From: Tubiluchus corallicola
Lineage: Eukaryota; Animalia; Priapulida
Direction: 5' to 3'
Length of the DNA: 64,000 nt
Assembly: GCA_030141605.1 (NCBI GenBank)
Contig: JAQGDQ010001054.1
Location: 1 to 64,000, forward strand
A program made the position numbers and the translations under genes. This document shows, piece by piece, positions 37,405 to 51,249 of the stretch (within the stretch, counting starts at the first letter, position 1; the number at the start of each line of letters is the position of its first letter). The notes below the pieces were generated by a model. The model had not been told where the DNA came from. It saw only the letters and a list, made by a program, of their open reading frames with translations, and searched no databases.

Positions 37405-39388
37405 GCCACAACAGCAACGATCTACGCGTGAGCAACAGATAGCCTTACAACAACAGCAACAATTAGCACAGCAAAGGCAAGAAATAGAAGAAAGGATGGC
37501 AAAAAGGATGGAAGAATTCAAAAGCCGACCAGGTTTGCAGCCACCTAATAACGTTCCAGTGTTACAACGTCCAGAAGTGTCGGAGTCGGATCGACTAGAT
37601 GCACTTGGACAACAAACCCGCATACAAATTAACCAACTGCCAGCATCACAGACGCAAGAAGCTCAAGCACAAAACCGACTTCCAACCGCCCAACTCCCAC
37701 AACCACGGCCGCCTCAACCAATTGAGCAAACTCGACAAGCGCAGGCCTTGCCAAATGGCAGGACTCAGGTAGTACAACCTCGACAACCAATTCAGCAGCA
37801 GCAAATCCAAATCAGACAAGATCCCTCACGGGGTCGTCAGTTCCAACAGGTACAGGTTCAACAGGGACTTCGTGCTCCTCAAGCAATTCGTTTAGTTCAG
37901 GACCTTAATGCTCGCAGTTTGACTCAAACCGGTGCAAGGCAGATCCCGTCGCAAATACAGACGTCTCAACCACGAACTTTGCCCTTTCCAGGGCTGCGCC
38001 AAAGGCTGATAACCAACCAGCAACTTCCCCAACAACAACGGCAACAGCAGCAGCAGACTCAACTGCCTCACCAGCAGATTTTGCAGCGGCAACGCGGGTT
38101 TCCACAGCAACGGATACAAACGCAGCCATTCCCGCAGCCACAAACGTTTCAGTCACGACAAATTACTCAGCCACGCGTCCAGTTCCCAACAACTCAACTC
38201 GGAAGAACACAGTTCCCCAGGACACAGTTTTCCAGGGCGCAGTTTCCCAGAACTCAAATCCAGCAGACTTCGTTCCCAAGAGCCCAAGGTATTCAGTTTC
38301 CACAAAGATTCTCCAGAAATCGCCAAAGTGCACAAGACCGACAGGCTCAGAGGTTAAAATCCTTTGATATTGGAAATACTCTGCAGACAGCTCTGCAGAC
38401 AAACGAAGATGGTTCACAGGCAGATCTGCAGGCATTGGCAGATGCTGCATTTGATCAAACCATTGGTAGGACAACTCTTCCTCCAGCCCCAACTACACGC
38501 AAACCAAGGTCCCCAGATGATCTGTTTAATTTTCAATTTGCCGGAGGCTTTGCCTTGTCGGGTAGAGACCAGGGAAGCGGACTGAAAATTGACCGATCGC
38601 CTTCGTTGCAGTTTGGAACAGATCTGAAGCAGCTGGGATTCAATTCTCAAACTCTTAACGGTCTCACTTTCTTTGACTTCCAAGGTCAAAGGGCTATTGC
38701 CCAGAGAATAGCCGCAGAGCAAGAGGAAAGAAGGCGGCGCGTAAACGAAGCTAGAGCTGCAAGAGGGCTTCCGCCTCTAGAGGTGACGACGACAACAGAA
38801 AAACCTCGAGTTAACTCCTTTTCTCAAGGATTTGCAAGAACTTTTGGGGTGGGTGATGATGGCCAACAGACCGATTCGCAGTTGATTGACCTGGGCAGCG
38901 GAAGAGTGGTATCCAGCCAACCCATTCAATCGCAAGCAAGAAGTCGCGTGCCATCGTCCCAGCAGACAATTGCAAGACAGACGCAGCCTAGTTCATCTAG
39001 AAGTCGCGTGCCGGCATCTCGGACAACTTCAAGACAAACACAACCAACCGCATCATCTCGGACGTCAACTTCGGCGCGTCGTCAACAAACAGTCGCTCAG
39101 ACAAGACCTCGACCCACACTGCCAACCAGAACATCCATAGCAACGCAGACGAGGACGCAACCTACAGCGCAAACTATACCAATCAGCATTGCGCGGGCGC
39201 AGCCAACTGCGCAGACGCAGACGAGGCCGCAGTCAACTGCGCAGACGCAGACAAGGCCACAGCCAACACTTCAGTCCACCATTGCTTCGCAACCATCATC
39301 CTCATCAACTGCCCAGCAAACAGAGCCTAAACCCACAGAAGCCAAGCGAGCCCCAGAAGACGAAAATGGAGAAAATGAAAGTCGATGA
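36461..39388 (+). CDS. Large coding exon of a Gln/Arg/Pro/Phe-rich low-complexity protein, probably secreted or structural
   Basis: 2.9-kb open frame with GC content well above the flanks and mixed CAA/CAG codons; preceded by a strong acceptor ttttttgtttttAG (36459-36460); begins ALMLGGALS-QG like a signal-peptide end; AATAAA at ~39510. Confidence 0.85.
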
Positions 39389-39485
39389 AATACTCGTCGT
39401 ATTTATGCTTTTAAATCAAATCGAATATAATGTATTAAATATTTCATTACGAGTCAAAGCAAGATAAATTCTGTCAGTGTGGTGT

Positions 39486-39498
39486 TGCCATCTAGTGG
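39486..39498 (-). promoter_or_regulatory. Candidate CTCF-binding motif
   Basis: Minus strand CCACTAGATGGCA matches the bilaterian CTCF core consensus. Confidence 0.4.
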
Positions 39499-40560
39499 CA
39501 GAAATGATAAATAAAGATGCGTAAATTTGAAAAACAAGTCCCTTCTTTTATACAATTTTTTGTTTCATCTGTTGGTTTACTTCCAGAAAATTCCAAACAA
39601 GTGGCAGAGAGAGAGGTTTAGATTTAGATTAATTTTGACTGCTAGGCAAAGAGCTCACAAGTTTATTATTCGAAATCTTATCAATGTCTGTCTGTACATA
39701 CTGAAATGTGAATTATTTTCAAAAATAAAATTTTATATTGGTGTAAGAATTTTGGGGACAGTGCGTCTTTTGATTTTAGTTACAATCTTAGTTCGATTAT
39801 TGTTTTTGCTAACTGAAATAATAGTACATTCGGATCTCGGTTTGCCAGACGTGTGCCAGACAGAAGCGCGCAGACGTCGGCCTGAATTTGCCTTATTACC
39901 GATACTAAACTAATACAGTAGGCGCCGTGTATTAGACTCACGGTAAAGTAGAATCAATCGTCTGATTGTCTCAAAAACGTCTAGTACGGGCCGCTACTAT
40001 GCAAAACTACATAAAAGCTGTCGGCAATTGACTTTGACTCAAATAACTCTGCATAATTGATTCTATATTTTTCTGCACATCCTTAAATAAGATACTTTTG
40101 TGTGACCAATGAGCTTTTACTATCTTTATATCGTCTTACTTATGTCTTGCCACTTGAACACGGTGAAATGAAGCGTCTTTAACAAGGCGTCTTAACTACA
40201 TCTGCCACGTGACATATGGGTAAGGTAAAGTCGTCTGCCGCACCAGTTTGATAACATCAGGTTGTTTTACATGGACATTACTTAATTATGCATTAGTCCG
40301 TGCTTAGAGTGATTTACTAGCAGGATCTTGTTTATGAACAAGAAAAAATGAACTAGGTAAGGTTCTAGCTAGCAGTTAAAACTGTTACTATTACAACAGC
40401 TTGGGTTAGAAGGCGTTGTCAAGTGTACACAAATGTGTTGTCTGGTACACCTAACCTTTGACCTTTTCACGATCATCATTATTGTTTTACTCATGAAATA
40501 ATACGGTCCTTGCAATTAGAAGGACATTTTTGTAAAGACTTTTTTCCAATAAAGAATTGT

Positions 40561-41028
<468 letters not shown>

Positions 41029-41704
41029 ATGTACGGTGTTTCGGACGTCACTGAAAATAATTTTAAATTTTTTTAGTTTTTAGTGATTATTAAATGTTTT
41101 AAGCTGCCCTGCCATTACTAAAATTACATTATATATAAAAAACGTGTTATATCGGTATGAAAAATACTCGAGCACTTTGTAGCCAAATTCTGAGTTTATT
41201 TCTGTTCTAACTGCTGTTGATTTTTAATATTTTTTTGAAAACACCAATGAACTTTTCAAACGCAGTTATAACAGAGATGCCCCCACCACCTACCCGTCCC
41301 CCCTGGTGGCTGACTTGTTGTTTTCCCACTTGTGTTATGCCATGCTGGTTGCTAAAAGCATTGGTCTAATGGAAATATGAACAAAACTTTGTGCCCATAT
41401 TGTAATGAACAACCGTATTTAGGAGCCGTAATGGAAGAAGAATTAGCTCACAAATAATCCCTGCCATATTTGTGGCTTGAATGTATGCAGTAAACAGGTA
41501 CAGGTGCTCAATGATGTAGCTTAACGAATGGATTGTAATAATGATGTCATGTTAACGGTTTGCTAAAAAACAACATGGCTTCATGGAATACTGGAAAATT
41601 ACGTTAAAACAACAAGCTTGCAGGTAAGGTTCATCTACAGGTATACTTATTGTATACACATATATTAGAAATAGGTATACTAATAGATGATGTATATATA
41701 TATA

Positions 41705-42379
41705 TATGGAACGCTAAAGTGAAATTTAATGTTTATTTTTGAATATTAACAAACAAATTTTGAATATTCATGAATTATTTTTAATATTAATAAATCAGTT
41801 TTGAACATTCACAATTCATTTATTAATATTAACGAATCGTGATTGAACATTAAAAACCACTTATTTAGTGATATTAATAAATCATTCATGAATATTCAAA
41901 ATTGACATGTTAATATTTACTCCTGATTGATTTGTTAATATTAAAAAATGAATTTTGAATATTTAAAACTAATTTTTAATATTCATAATTCATTTACTAA
42001 TATTAACAAATCACAAATGAATACCAAACATTACTTATTAGTAATATTAATAAATAATTCATGAATATTCGGAATTGACATATTAATATTTATAATTGAT
42101 TTGTTAATATTAAAAAATGAATTATGAATATTCAAAACTAATTTTTAATATTCATAATTCATTTACTAATATTAACAAGTTGTTAATGAATACTAAAAAT
42201 TACTTATTAGTAATTCTGATAAATAATTCATGAATATTCAGAATTGACATATTAATATTTATAATTGAAATATTAATATCAAAAAAATAAATTATGAATA
42301 TTCAAAACTGATTATTAATATTCATAAATCATTTATTAATATTAAAAATAAGCACTAAATTCAACTTTAGAGTTCCATA
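41705..42379. mobile_element. AT-rich foldback-like MITE with 24-bp TIRs and AATATT-rich internal repeats
   Basis: TATGGAACGCTAAAGTGAAATTTA ... TAAATTCAACTTTAGAGTTCCATA; internal ~170-bp tandem blocks. Confidence 0.8.
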
Positions 42380-42962
42380 AACATAGACTCTATTATAATC
42401 ATATCAATACATTTCGTGTAATTTGCCTTTTAATTACAGACTTTGAGATCCTAAATGCACAATTATTAACCCATTTTGCCAATGTTCAATACCTGTGCTG
42501 TGCTTTGAAACCACTCATGGCGTTTCCAGGCAAAACTCGTGAAAATGAACATAATTATTATAGATTGGTCACACCAACGTTTAATTATATAGGTCAGACG
42601 CTCAGGTAGAAGGTTATACCACCCAGGTGTTTGATATATTACTGACTAGAAAAATAGAAACCACTTTATTGTCATACTGCACGGGGAAAGTTGATATTTT
42701 GAAGCCTTTAAAGTGAAATGGAATTAAATTTGTCGAAAAAAATAATCATGTATTATGTTTACGTGCGAGTGATAGTTTGACACGAAGGTAAAGTGATGGA
42801 ACAATAATTTACAGCAATTATCACCTGTGCAGGTGTAAGTATAACGTGGCTTCTTCTTAAATTGTGTTAGATTGTTAACAGTTTGACAGTTTAATGGCTT
42901 CTAAGTGCTCCAGTGTTACAGGTGGAAGCGAGAAAACAAAGAATGAATTGGTTCTCGTCACT

Positions 42963-43010
42963 GTGATAGTTGTTATCGCTATCGTTGTTGTTGTTGTTGT
43001 TGCTGTTGTT

Positions 43011-43067
<57 letters not shown>

Positions 43068-43240
43068 CTTGTTCTTGTTGTTTTTGTTGCTGTCGCTGTC
43101 ACTGTGACTATCGATGTTGTTGTCATCGTTGTTGTTGTTATTGTTGTTGTTGTTGTTGTTGTTGTTGTTATTGTTGTCGTTGTCGTTGTTGCTGTCACTG
43201 TCGATGTTGCTGTTGTCGTTGTTCTTGCTGTTGTTGTTGC
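42963..43240. repeat. (GTT)n microsatellite
   Basis: Direct reading. Confidence 0.95.
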
Positions 43241-43924
43241 GTCTACTAACAGTTGACGTGAAATGTATTAACCTGGTACTATTTATTTATACTCTTGTTT
43301 GCTTGTTTGTTTGTTTGTCTGCGTGTCTTTCTGTTTGCTTGTTTGTCAGTCTCTTTGAATGTTTGTTTGTTTGTTTGTTTATTTCATTGACTGTCTGCTC
43401 TTTCTTCGTTTTTTTTTGCTTTTTATAAGTCAGCCTGTCAGTCTGTTTGTATGTTTGTTTGTTTGCAGGATCAGTCCTTGACGTACTTAAAGGAAAGTGG
43501 TTAGAATTTTCTCTTTTTATTTTTTTTTTCTATTATATAATTTTGGGCGTCATGTAAATATGTTACTAATTATATTTGTAAATATGGCAATGGTCTGATT
43601 GTGTTGTTTAGTAGATATATATATCCAAGATATATATATATTGTTTAGTATATATATATATATAAGCAGTTATCTAATACCTAAGGCAAGTACCAAATTC
43701 GGCAATCACGTGACCAGCAAGGGATAATCATGGAGAGACACGCACTTCAACCTGTTCCGAAACGTCAAGAGAACGTAGCGTGGACGGAAGTGATATAAAC
43801 ACTCGAGTTTAATTATCTGTGATGTATCCCACAAGGCATTGCAGCTGAATATCATATTAAGCCTAGTACGCGTGACCAGTGCTAGTCGCGAGAAAATGTT
43901 AAAATTTTCTGAGCGACACACGTG

Positions 43925-44575
43925 ATTGTGTTTAAAATTAATTGTTATTCGTTTTAGTCTGGTTGCCTTTACTAATTTGCTTAGCACGGTGTTACTGCGC
44001 GGTGTCTAACCATCTGTCCAAGGTTTGTTACGCTGCATGCTGTCCAAGCACTGTCCAATCCAATCCAAGCCGAAAGTGACATGCGAACACTAAATTGTGT
44101 TTAAAATTAATTGTTATTCGTTTTAGTCTGGCTGCCCTTACTAATTTGCTTAGCACGGTGTTACTGCAGTCTGTCTAACTGTCTGTGCAATGTTTGTTCC
44201 GCTGCATGCTGTCCAAACCAATTCAAGCCGAGAGTGACATGCGAACACTAAATTGTGTTTAAAATTATTTGTTATTCGTTTTAGTCTGGTTGCCTTTACT
44301 AATTTGCTTAGCACGGTGTTACTGCAGTCTGTCTAACTGTCTGTCCAATGTTTGTTCCGCTGCATGCTGTCCAAGCACTGTCCAAACCAATCCAAATCGA
44401 GAGTGACAAGCGAACAGTAAACTGTGTTTAAAATTAATTATTATTCCTTTTAGTCTGGTTACCTTTACTAATTTGCTTAGCATTGTGTTACTGCAGTGTG
44501 TCTAACAGTCTGTCCAAGGTTTGTTACACTGCATGCTGTCCAAGCACTTTCCAAACCAATCCAAGCCGAGAGTGC
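43925..44575. repeat. ~160-170-bp tandem repeat, 4 copies
   Basis: attgtgtttaaaattaattgttattcgttttagtctgg... starts at ~43925, 44093, 44252 and 44421. Confidence 0.93.
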
Positions 44576-44703
44576 TGTTGACAAGCCACTGGTACAGCAA
44601 AGTTTAGTTTATTCCTGGATTAACTGCTGTGTTTACCTGTGTTGAGACGGATTACTTTAGTTTAGAATTTCTTCCTGTCCCGTGTCTACAACAGATGTAA
44701 TAT

Positions 44704-44783
44704 GCATATGATAATGATGATGATTATGATGATGTTACTGATAATTATGACGAAGGTAATGATGAAGGTGATGGTGATGATGT

Positions 44784-44816
<33 letters not shown>

Positions 44817-45012
44817 TGATGATGATGACGACTAAGATGACGATGATGATGATGATGATAATGTTACTGATAATGATGACGAAGATAGTGGAGAAGATGA
44901 TGGTGATGATGTTGACGACGAAGATGATGACGACGATGATGGTGATGATGTTGACGACGACGATGATGATTATGATGATGTTACTGATAATGATGACGAA
45001 GATAACGATGAT
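44704..45012. repeat. (ATG/ACG)n microsatellite
   Basis: Direct reading. Confidence 0.93.
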
Positions 45013-45572
45013 TGAGTTGGCTTTCCTTTAAATCGGCACCGGTAGACTTATTCCGAAAGCTGTAACATCTGTGCATGTCGGCCATGCTTGTTTGTTCATG
45101 ATTGTCTAACAATTCTAATTTATCAAACTGTCATGAACTAATCACACGAACATTGCATAAGCTTCACATAATTGTCATTGCTGTTGCGCATGCGCAGAAC
45201 TTTACTGCCAAATCTCATTAGACAGGCTACCCACCTGATGCGCAGTATAACTCATGACAATTAACCCACCATAATTTATTTGATGGTGGAGCTATGCAGG
45301 ACAGGTCGGTGTGCGTGATCGTAGAAGTGAAATGAAGCCTGTCTGGACAGGTAGGTGTGGTGAAGCCCGTCTGTGAGTCAGTGGGAGGTGGACAGTGAGA
45401 ATTTTCACAGTAGTTGCCTACAGGAAAGTGGACAGTGATGTAATTAGTTCGTGGTAGTTATGATAAATTACATATATGCAAGGGGATTTGAAGCTTAGAG
45501 AAGCGAACATATTAGGAAGGTAGGTACTGCTTTTGCATGTTGTTTGTAGAGATGAATTCCAAGAAAGACTAA

Positions 45573-46065
45573 AGGTGTATTCAGACTACAGAGTTTTCTC
45601 TGAGTGTGAGAGTAAACTCGCAAGGTTGAACTGCTATGCGAGTTCTTTCTGAGAGTGAACTCGCAAAGGTGAACTGCTATGCGAGTTCTTTCTGAGAGTA
45701 ACTCGCAAGGTTGAACTGCTGTGCGAGTTCTCTCTGAGAGTAAACTCGCAAGGTGGGACTGCTATACGAGTTCTCTCTGAGAGTAAACACGCAAGGGTGA
45801 ACTGCCATGCGAGTTGTCTGTGAGTAAACACGCAAGGTTGAACTGCTATGCGGGTTCTCTCTGAGAGTAAACTCGCAAGGTTGAACTGCTATGCGAGTTC
45901 TCTCTGAGAGTAAACTCGGAAGTGTGAACTGCTTTGCCAGCTCTTCCGTCCAAGTTCGCGAGTTGGGGAGAATTCTCTTGCGAGTTACTTGCAGACATAC
46001 TCTATTCTTTGCGAGAACTCTTACAGAGAACTCTGCAAAGAAAACTCTCTAGTGTGAACGCGCCA
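45573..46065. mobile_element. PIF/Harbinger-like MITE with internal ~41-bp tandem array
   Basis: TAA|AGGTGTATTCAGACTA ... TAGTGTGAACGCGCCA|TAA; unit ctgagagtaaactcgcaaggttgaactgctatgcgagttct(ct) x~8. Confidence 0.7.
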
Positions 46066-46478
46066 TAACAAACCTGTACCTAACAAATACTTTCAATGTA
46101 AATAACTTTTATATCCTATTCTGAGTTTTTCTTTCCGGTAGTCCTTTAGTAAGCTATGAACTAAAAATCATCGCATTTCTTCCGGTACAGTTATGCATTG
46201 GTTCTGCTAACAATTTTAATTATTTTAATTAACACTTGAAAGAGTTGTGTATATTTGGTGATGCACTTATCTTTTCCTGCCAAACTGCACTCCTACAAAG
46301 CTTACAGGCAGGACTGGGTTATCATATTGTAACGGAACCGGGATCCAGCGCGGATCCGTCTCAGGATGTATAGGGCGACACACAAGTTATGAAATATCAC
46401 AGCAAACGAGAAAAGTTGAAAGATCCAGAAGACGAGCATAAAATAAACTTTATTGCATAACTAGTAGCTTCAAAAGAA

Positions 46479-47010
46479 TTACATGAGAACAGACTTTTGT
46501 TTAAAAGTTAGCAAGCCTAGAGCATTCATCTTTACAGACAGAAAGTCCAAGTTGAAATCGTCAAATTACTGCATGCATTCTGTTTTATACAGGTAGATTT
46601 TCATTACTGGAGTTACCTATACCTATTAGGACTGGATCCTTACTGGGCTTCTCAACCATACCCATTATTAACATTAGGGGGTGGTCAAAATCTGCCTTTG
46701 TAACAACATAAACTAGAGTAGGCTCCAGCCTAGGGCCCCTCGACCTTACATGTGAATAGACTTTTGTATAAAAATTAGCAAGCCTAGAGCATTCACCTGT
46801 ACAGACAGAAAGGCCAGATTGGAGTCGTCAAATTACGGCATGCATTCTGTTTTATACAGGTAGATTTTCATTACTGGACTTACCTATACCTATTAGGACT
46901 GGATCCTTACTGGGCTTCTCAACCATACCCATTACTAACATTAGTGGGTGGTCAAAATCTGCCTTCGTAACAACATAAACTAGAGTAGGCTCCAGGTTAG
47001 GGCCCTTCGA
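46479..47010. repeat. Tandem duplication of ~267 bp, possibly overlapping a solo LTR-like element starting at 46328
   Basis: ttacatg.gaa.agacttttgt...tagggccc at 46479 and 46746; TGTAAC at 46328 and GTAACA at ~46700. Confidence 0.85.
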
Positions 47011-48085
47011 GCTTGGTTAATGTTTGTTAAAAAGTCTAGTCTATGTGCTAATTTTGTTTGCATTGAATAGCAAAATGGTGACGATTCCTAATGATTAATT
47101 TATTGTCAAGCGAAAGATAGTTATTCTAGTTTATTTAATGACTTTGCAATTAGTTTACTTCAAGCTACGTAGGCGTCGTTAAGATATGTCACGAGTAAGG
47201 AATATTCAAGACGGATGATGTTAAGGATTTTTGTTTGTTAAATAACCGAAATAGTTTGTTCCTACAATATAACTAATAATAGTTAATTGTGCGTTTTGAT
47301 AAGATTAAGTTAACTGTAAGGTGTGAGTTACACCTGTTCTTACTTGTAAAGTGGTGACATCTGGCTTCAATATTAGTGTCCTAGTTTTAAATACCTGTAA
47401 TTCAAGTTTCAACGTGTTCAAAGCAGTGATGACGTGTTTTCTGTGTAACTCACGATTTGATGCCAAAGATGTATGTAGATTTTGTTGAATTTTATTTAGT
47501 TATATACTGAAAGTCTCGGATTAATTTCACTTAATGGTAATTGACATTTTGATAAGAAATCGATTAGTTTATTAAAAGAATTTGCATTTCATTCCAGATA
47601 AAATGTATCATTTGGGAAATGGCGTCTCAATGCATGTCAAATAAGAAGTAAAATGACGAAAGGGCATGCGCTGTGATGATGGTGCACAAACAATAAAATA
47701 TTATACTAAGCAGTACTTGATAACTTTGTTTGTTTGTCACCATAAGACCCAAACAGATAAGTTAACACGTGGCTCCATCTAGGAGGGATGGGACTCATAA
47801 TTTCTTTGCCTGCCCGCAAAAAGATTATAACTGCGGTCCTGCTGACGACAGCTCTCGATGCCTAAGTAGCCTCAGCGTTGCAATTTCAACTTTTCCATCT
47901 TATAAATTATTCGAAAACTTTTTTGGTAGTGGAAACATCTACGTATAAATGGCAAAATATGTGACTTGAAAGAAATACGAGACGTTTTCATAGCCGGGTG
48001 GTCACATGGTGGTACCTGAACCGAAGTTAGATAACACCGAGCCTGGTTATGTAAATGGATGGATGACCAATGTGAGAGATGTCTT

Positions 48086-48329
<244 letters not shown>

Positions 48330-49058
48330 TTATTTGGAAGTGTAAATACAAATACATTATACAGGAAAGACTGGGGAAAAATATATATTAATAAAAATGC
48401 TAATATGACAGCATGCATATAATAAATGGCAAGAACCAGAAGTAAAACTTGTTAGGTGCTTGCACCATTGTAAACACTTCCAACTAATGAGAAAAAAGAA
48501 CAAAAAACTGAAGGTTTTTAGGCAATTAAAAAAAAAGTTGTGCAAAGTAAGGATAGAAGTGATGGATAAAAGAATGTTCAAAAGGGTAGGAAGAGTGGCT
48601 TGTGGAGATTCGACTCATGAGATGACGAAGCACTCTGGATTCTACTAAAAAAGAACACAAAGTTGTGACTGTTGTGTCACACAGGAACAGTAGGTGGTTA
48701 TCAAGACTAGTTTATATAAGAAGGAATATAATGAGTTAGATCACGATTTCGCTACAGTCGCCGAACTTATTCCATTTCGAATAAAATAGACCAAAAGAGG
48801 CCCAGAACTTCGCCTGTGTGATTCATCGTCGAGGATAGACCTTTATTTTCTTGCAATAAATCTGTAATCGCATGAAAGAACACGAAAATAGGATTCCATG
48901 TATATATGTAGTTTGACTAAAACAAGGTACATGTATACACGAGGAACGAGGTAAATACCACAATTGATACATTAGTGATTTTAGTCCAAATGTCACTTTA
49001 CGTACATTTCCTACTCAAGGTTATAGCATTAAAAACTGTGTTATGCATACAAGGTACA

Positions 49059-49449
49059 TCAGCATAAATGTTGCAAAATTTCACAACATATTATATAACA
49101 ATTAGGGTGCTCAAAGAAGTGAGTTAAATCAGCAAAGTTTACATTGTCGTAGCGGTTCCTAATTATTGAAGTTAGGGGGCATGTCTGTATAACGTGTTTC
49201 TCAGTTTGAATGTCCCCACAAGGACATAACCTATTTTCCCTTGGCTGTCTCGCCCATCTACCCGTTTCTATCCGCAGCCTATGTGACTGAAGACGCATTC
49301 TTGTGAAGCTTATCCGATGATGCTCAAATATTGTCGATTCAAAACGAGGAGTTTCGAGACCAGGGTTCAATTCCAAGTAGGTTACACAACGTGTAGAATT
49401 GACCTGATTCCTTATGCGCTGTTGCAACAAAACTCTCTGCTGAGGTATA
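49059..49449 (-). mobile_element. 3' fragment of an RTE-X-like non-LTR retrotransposon ORF2 (Cys/His C-terminal domain)
   Basis: HHRISFTRMRLQSHRLRIETGRWARQPRENRLCPCGDIQTEKHVIQTCP matches the RxRxSxHxLxIExGR...RxC.C...E.H....C motif. Confidence 0.85.
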
Positions 49450-49463
49450 TAGTCTGGCCATAT

Positions 49464-50020
49464 TGGTTCTTGTTGGCATCCTTCTGTCCCGGAAGACAAT
49501 GGAGTGGGCGCCAAGAGAGTCATTTATTGATCACATTGATGGAACTGCAGCGTCGACGAGCAATCCGATCCTTGAACCACTGAAGTGGCCTCTTTAGGGC
49601 GCACGCCTGGGCACGGTATATGGAGATCCTGAGTTGCCCAGACAGCAGGAATCCCCTCTCTTCCTCCCTGGTGCAGTCCCAAAGGAAAGCGGAGCGATAC
49701 GTTTGGCACCAGGTTGCCTGCAGGAGCTGCCGGAGTCAGTGAGCATGCTGCACTGGTCCGCCTTCAGGGATCCACTCCTGATTTGGAAGGTTTACTCCTC
49801 TACACATGGCCATTGGGTCACTTGACCTCCTCCGCCCTCTAGCCGTTGCCTGCTTGTGCAGCTCATCCGTCTAGTGTCGAGATACAGAGTGGGCATCCCA
49901 CAAGCCTACAGCACCTGGCATTTCTAGGCGGTCACCCATCCAAGTACTAACCAAGCTCAACGTTGCTTAACTTCGGCGATCAGTGTGGACCGCTGTTTTC
50001 AACGTGATATGGCCGTAGTC
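49464..50020 (-). mobile_element. 5S rRNA-derived SINE, copy 2 (apparently full length, with TSD)
   Basis: 5S head at 50020-49902; body homologous to copy 1; 3' hairpin and CAACAAGAAC tail; TAGTCTGGCCA(T/C)AT present at 49450-49463 and 50016-50029. Confidence 0.9.
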
Positions 50021-51249
50021 TGGCCACATACCTTCACATTTTCGCTAAACGTGACAAGTAAACATGTTCAACATGGCGCCATTTGGTGACATAATGTCAT
50101 TAGCTTAGAGGCGCAAAAGATCATAATCCTTGAGGATATCCGATCAGCATTTGTTTGTTATTAGCCAAAGTCAATTCAGATAAATAAATATAGATAGACA
50201 AATAAATAAATAGATTAATAATCTACAAAAATGGCAACAGCAACGTCAACATGATCATCAGCTATGACAATGACAAGAACAACATCAGAAGCAACAAGGG
50301 CAACAACAATACCACATGCTACAAGACCAGCAGCAGTAACAACAATAATGACAACTACAACAAAAACCACCACGATCACAGTATCAGCAACAACAGCAGC
50401 AGCAACAACAACAACAACAAAGTAGTCACAGCAGCAGTAACAACAACAACAACAATGATAACTACAACAACAATAACCAAAAATACATATATAGATAGAT
50501 AGATAGATACATTTACAAAGAAAGATACTTACTGCTAATTCCTTTGTTTACAGGCACTTTATAGAAAGTACCGTGCCGAAAACCGTTTAGTTTTATTTTC
50601 TGAGATTGAAGCCCAATTTAAGGAGTGCCGGGCATTTTTGAGGAAGAGTCGACATACCAATTGTTTTAGTCAATTTTCGAAAATCTAGTTTGGCAAGCTC
50701 AGCTTCGTTACTTAGCAGTCCAGAAGTACAAAAGTAAAATAAAATAAAATGGCCGCATTGAGAATTTGAATTAAAGAATGTAAAACTAATTTGTTTGAAT
50801 GCTGAATTCAAACATTTTGCTTTCTGGGCCACACTTTGTTTTTCTGGCTAGTAATTAAAAAACCAAAATGGCCGCAATAAAAAAAAACTATTTAGAATTT
50901 TTTTGAAAAATTAACTTAAAATAACCCATAGGCAGCTTTTGATATGCAGAATTAAAATATTTTTCCTCAATAAAATATTCGTTTTACCAATTTGTTTTCT
51001 GATTTCTTTTGTTTTTTAGCCTTTGTTAACACAAAAAAGTGTGGTCTTATAAGGACAAAATATTGAAGTTTGCATCTCAAAAGCTGCCTTTACATTATCT
51101 TATATTATTTTCTCAAAACATTTAAAAACACAATTTTTTGATGGCGGCCATTTTGTTTTTCTTTGAATGTCTCTTTTTTTCCAGGTATTTGTATTTGTAT
51201 TTTTTTCTTTTCAGAAACCTCTAAACTTCAGTAGAGGAATCATTTCGCA

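Noticed and set aside
37204-37623. Cys-rich metallothionein/keratin-associated-like ORF on the minus strand
   Set aside because: Antisense shadow of CAG/CAA poly-Q codons in the plus-strand gene
45605-45935. CRISPR-like 41-bp repeats
   Set aside because: Head-to-tail units without spacers, inside a MITE with TIRs
49059-49523. Independent 154-aa zinc-finger gene
   Set aside because: Made of a SINE 3' end plus an RTE-X ORF2 C-terminal fragment
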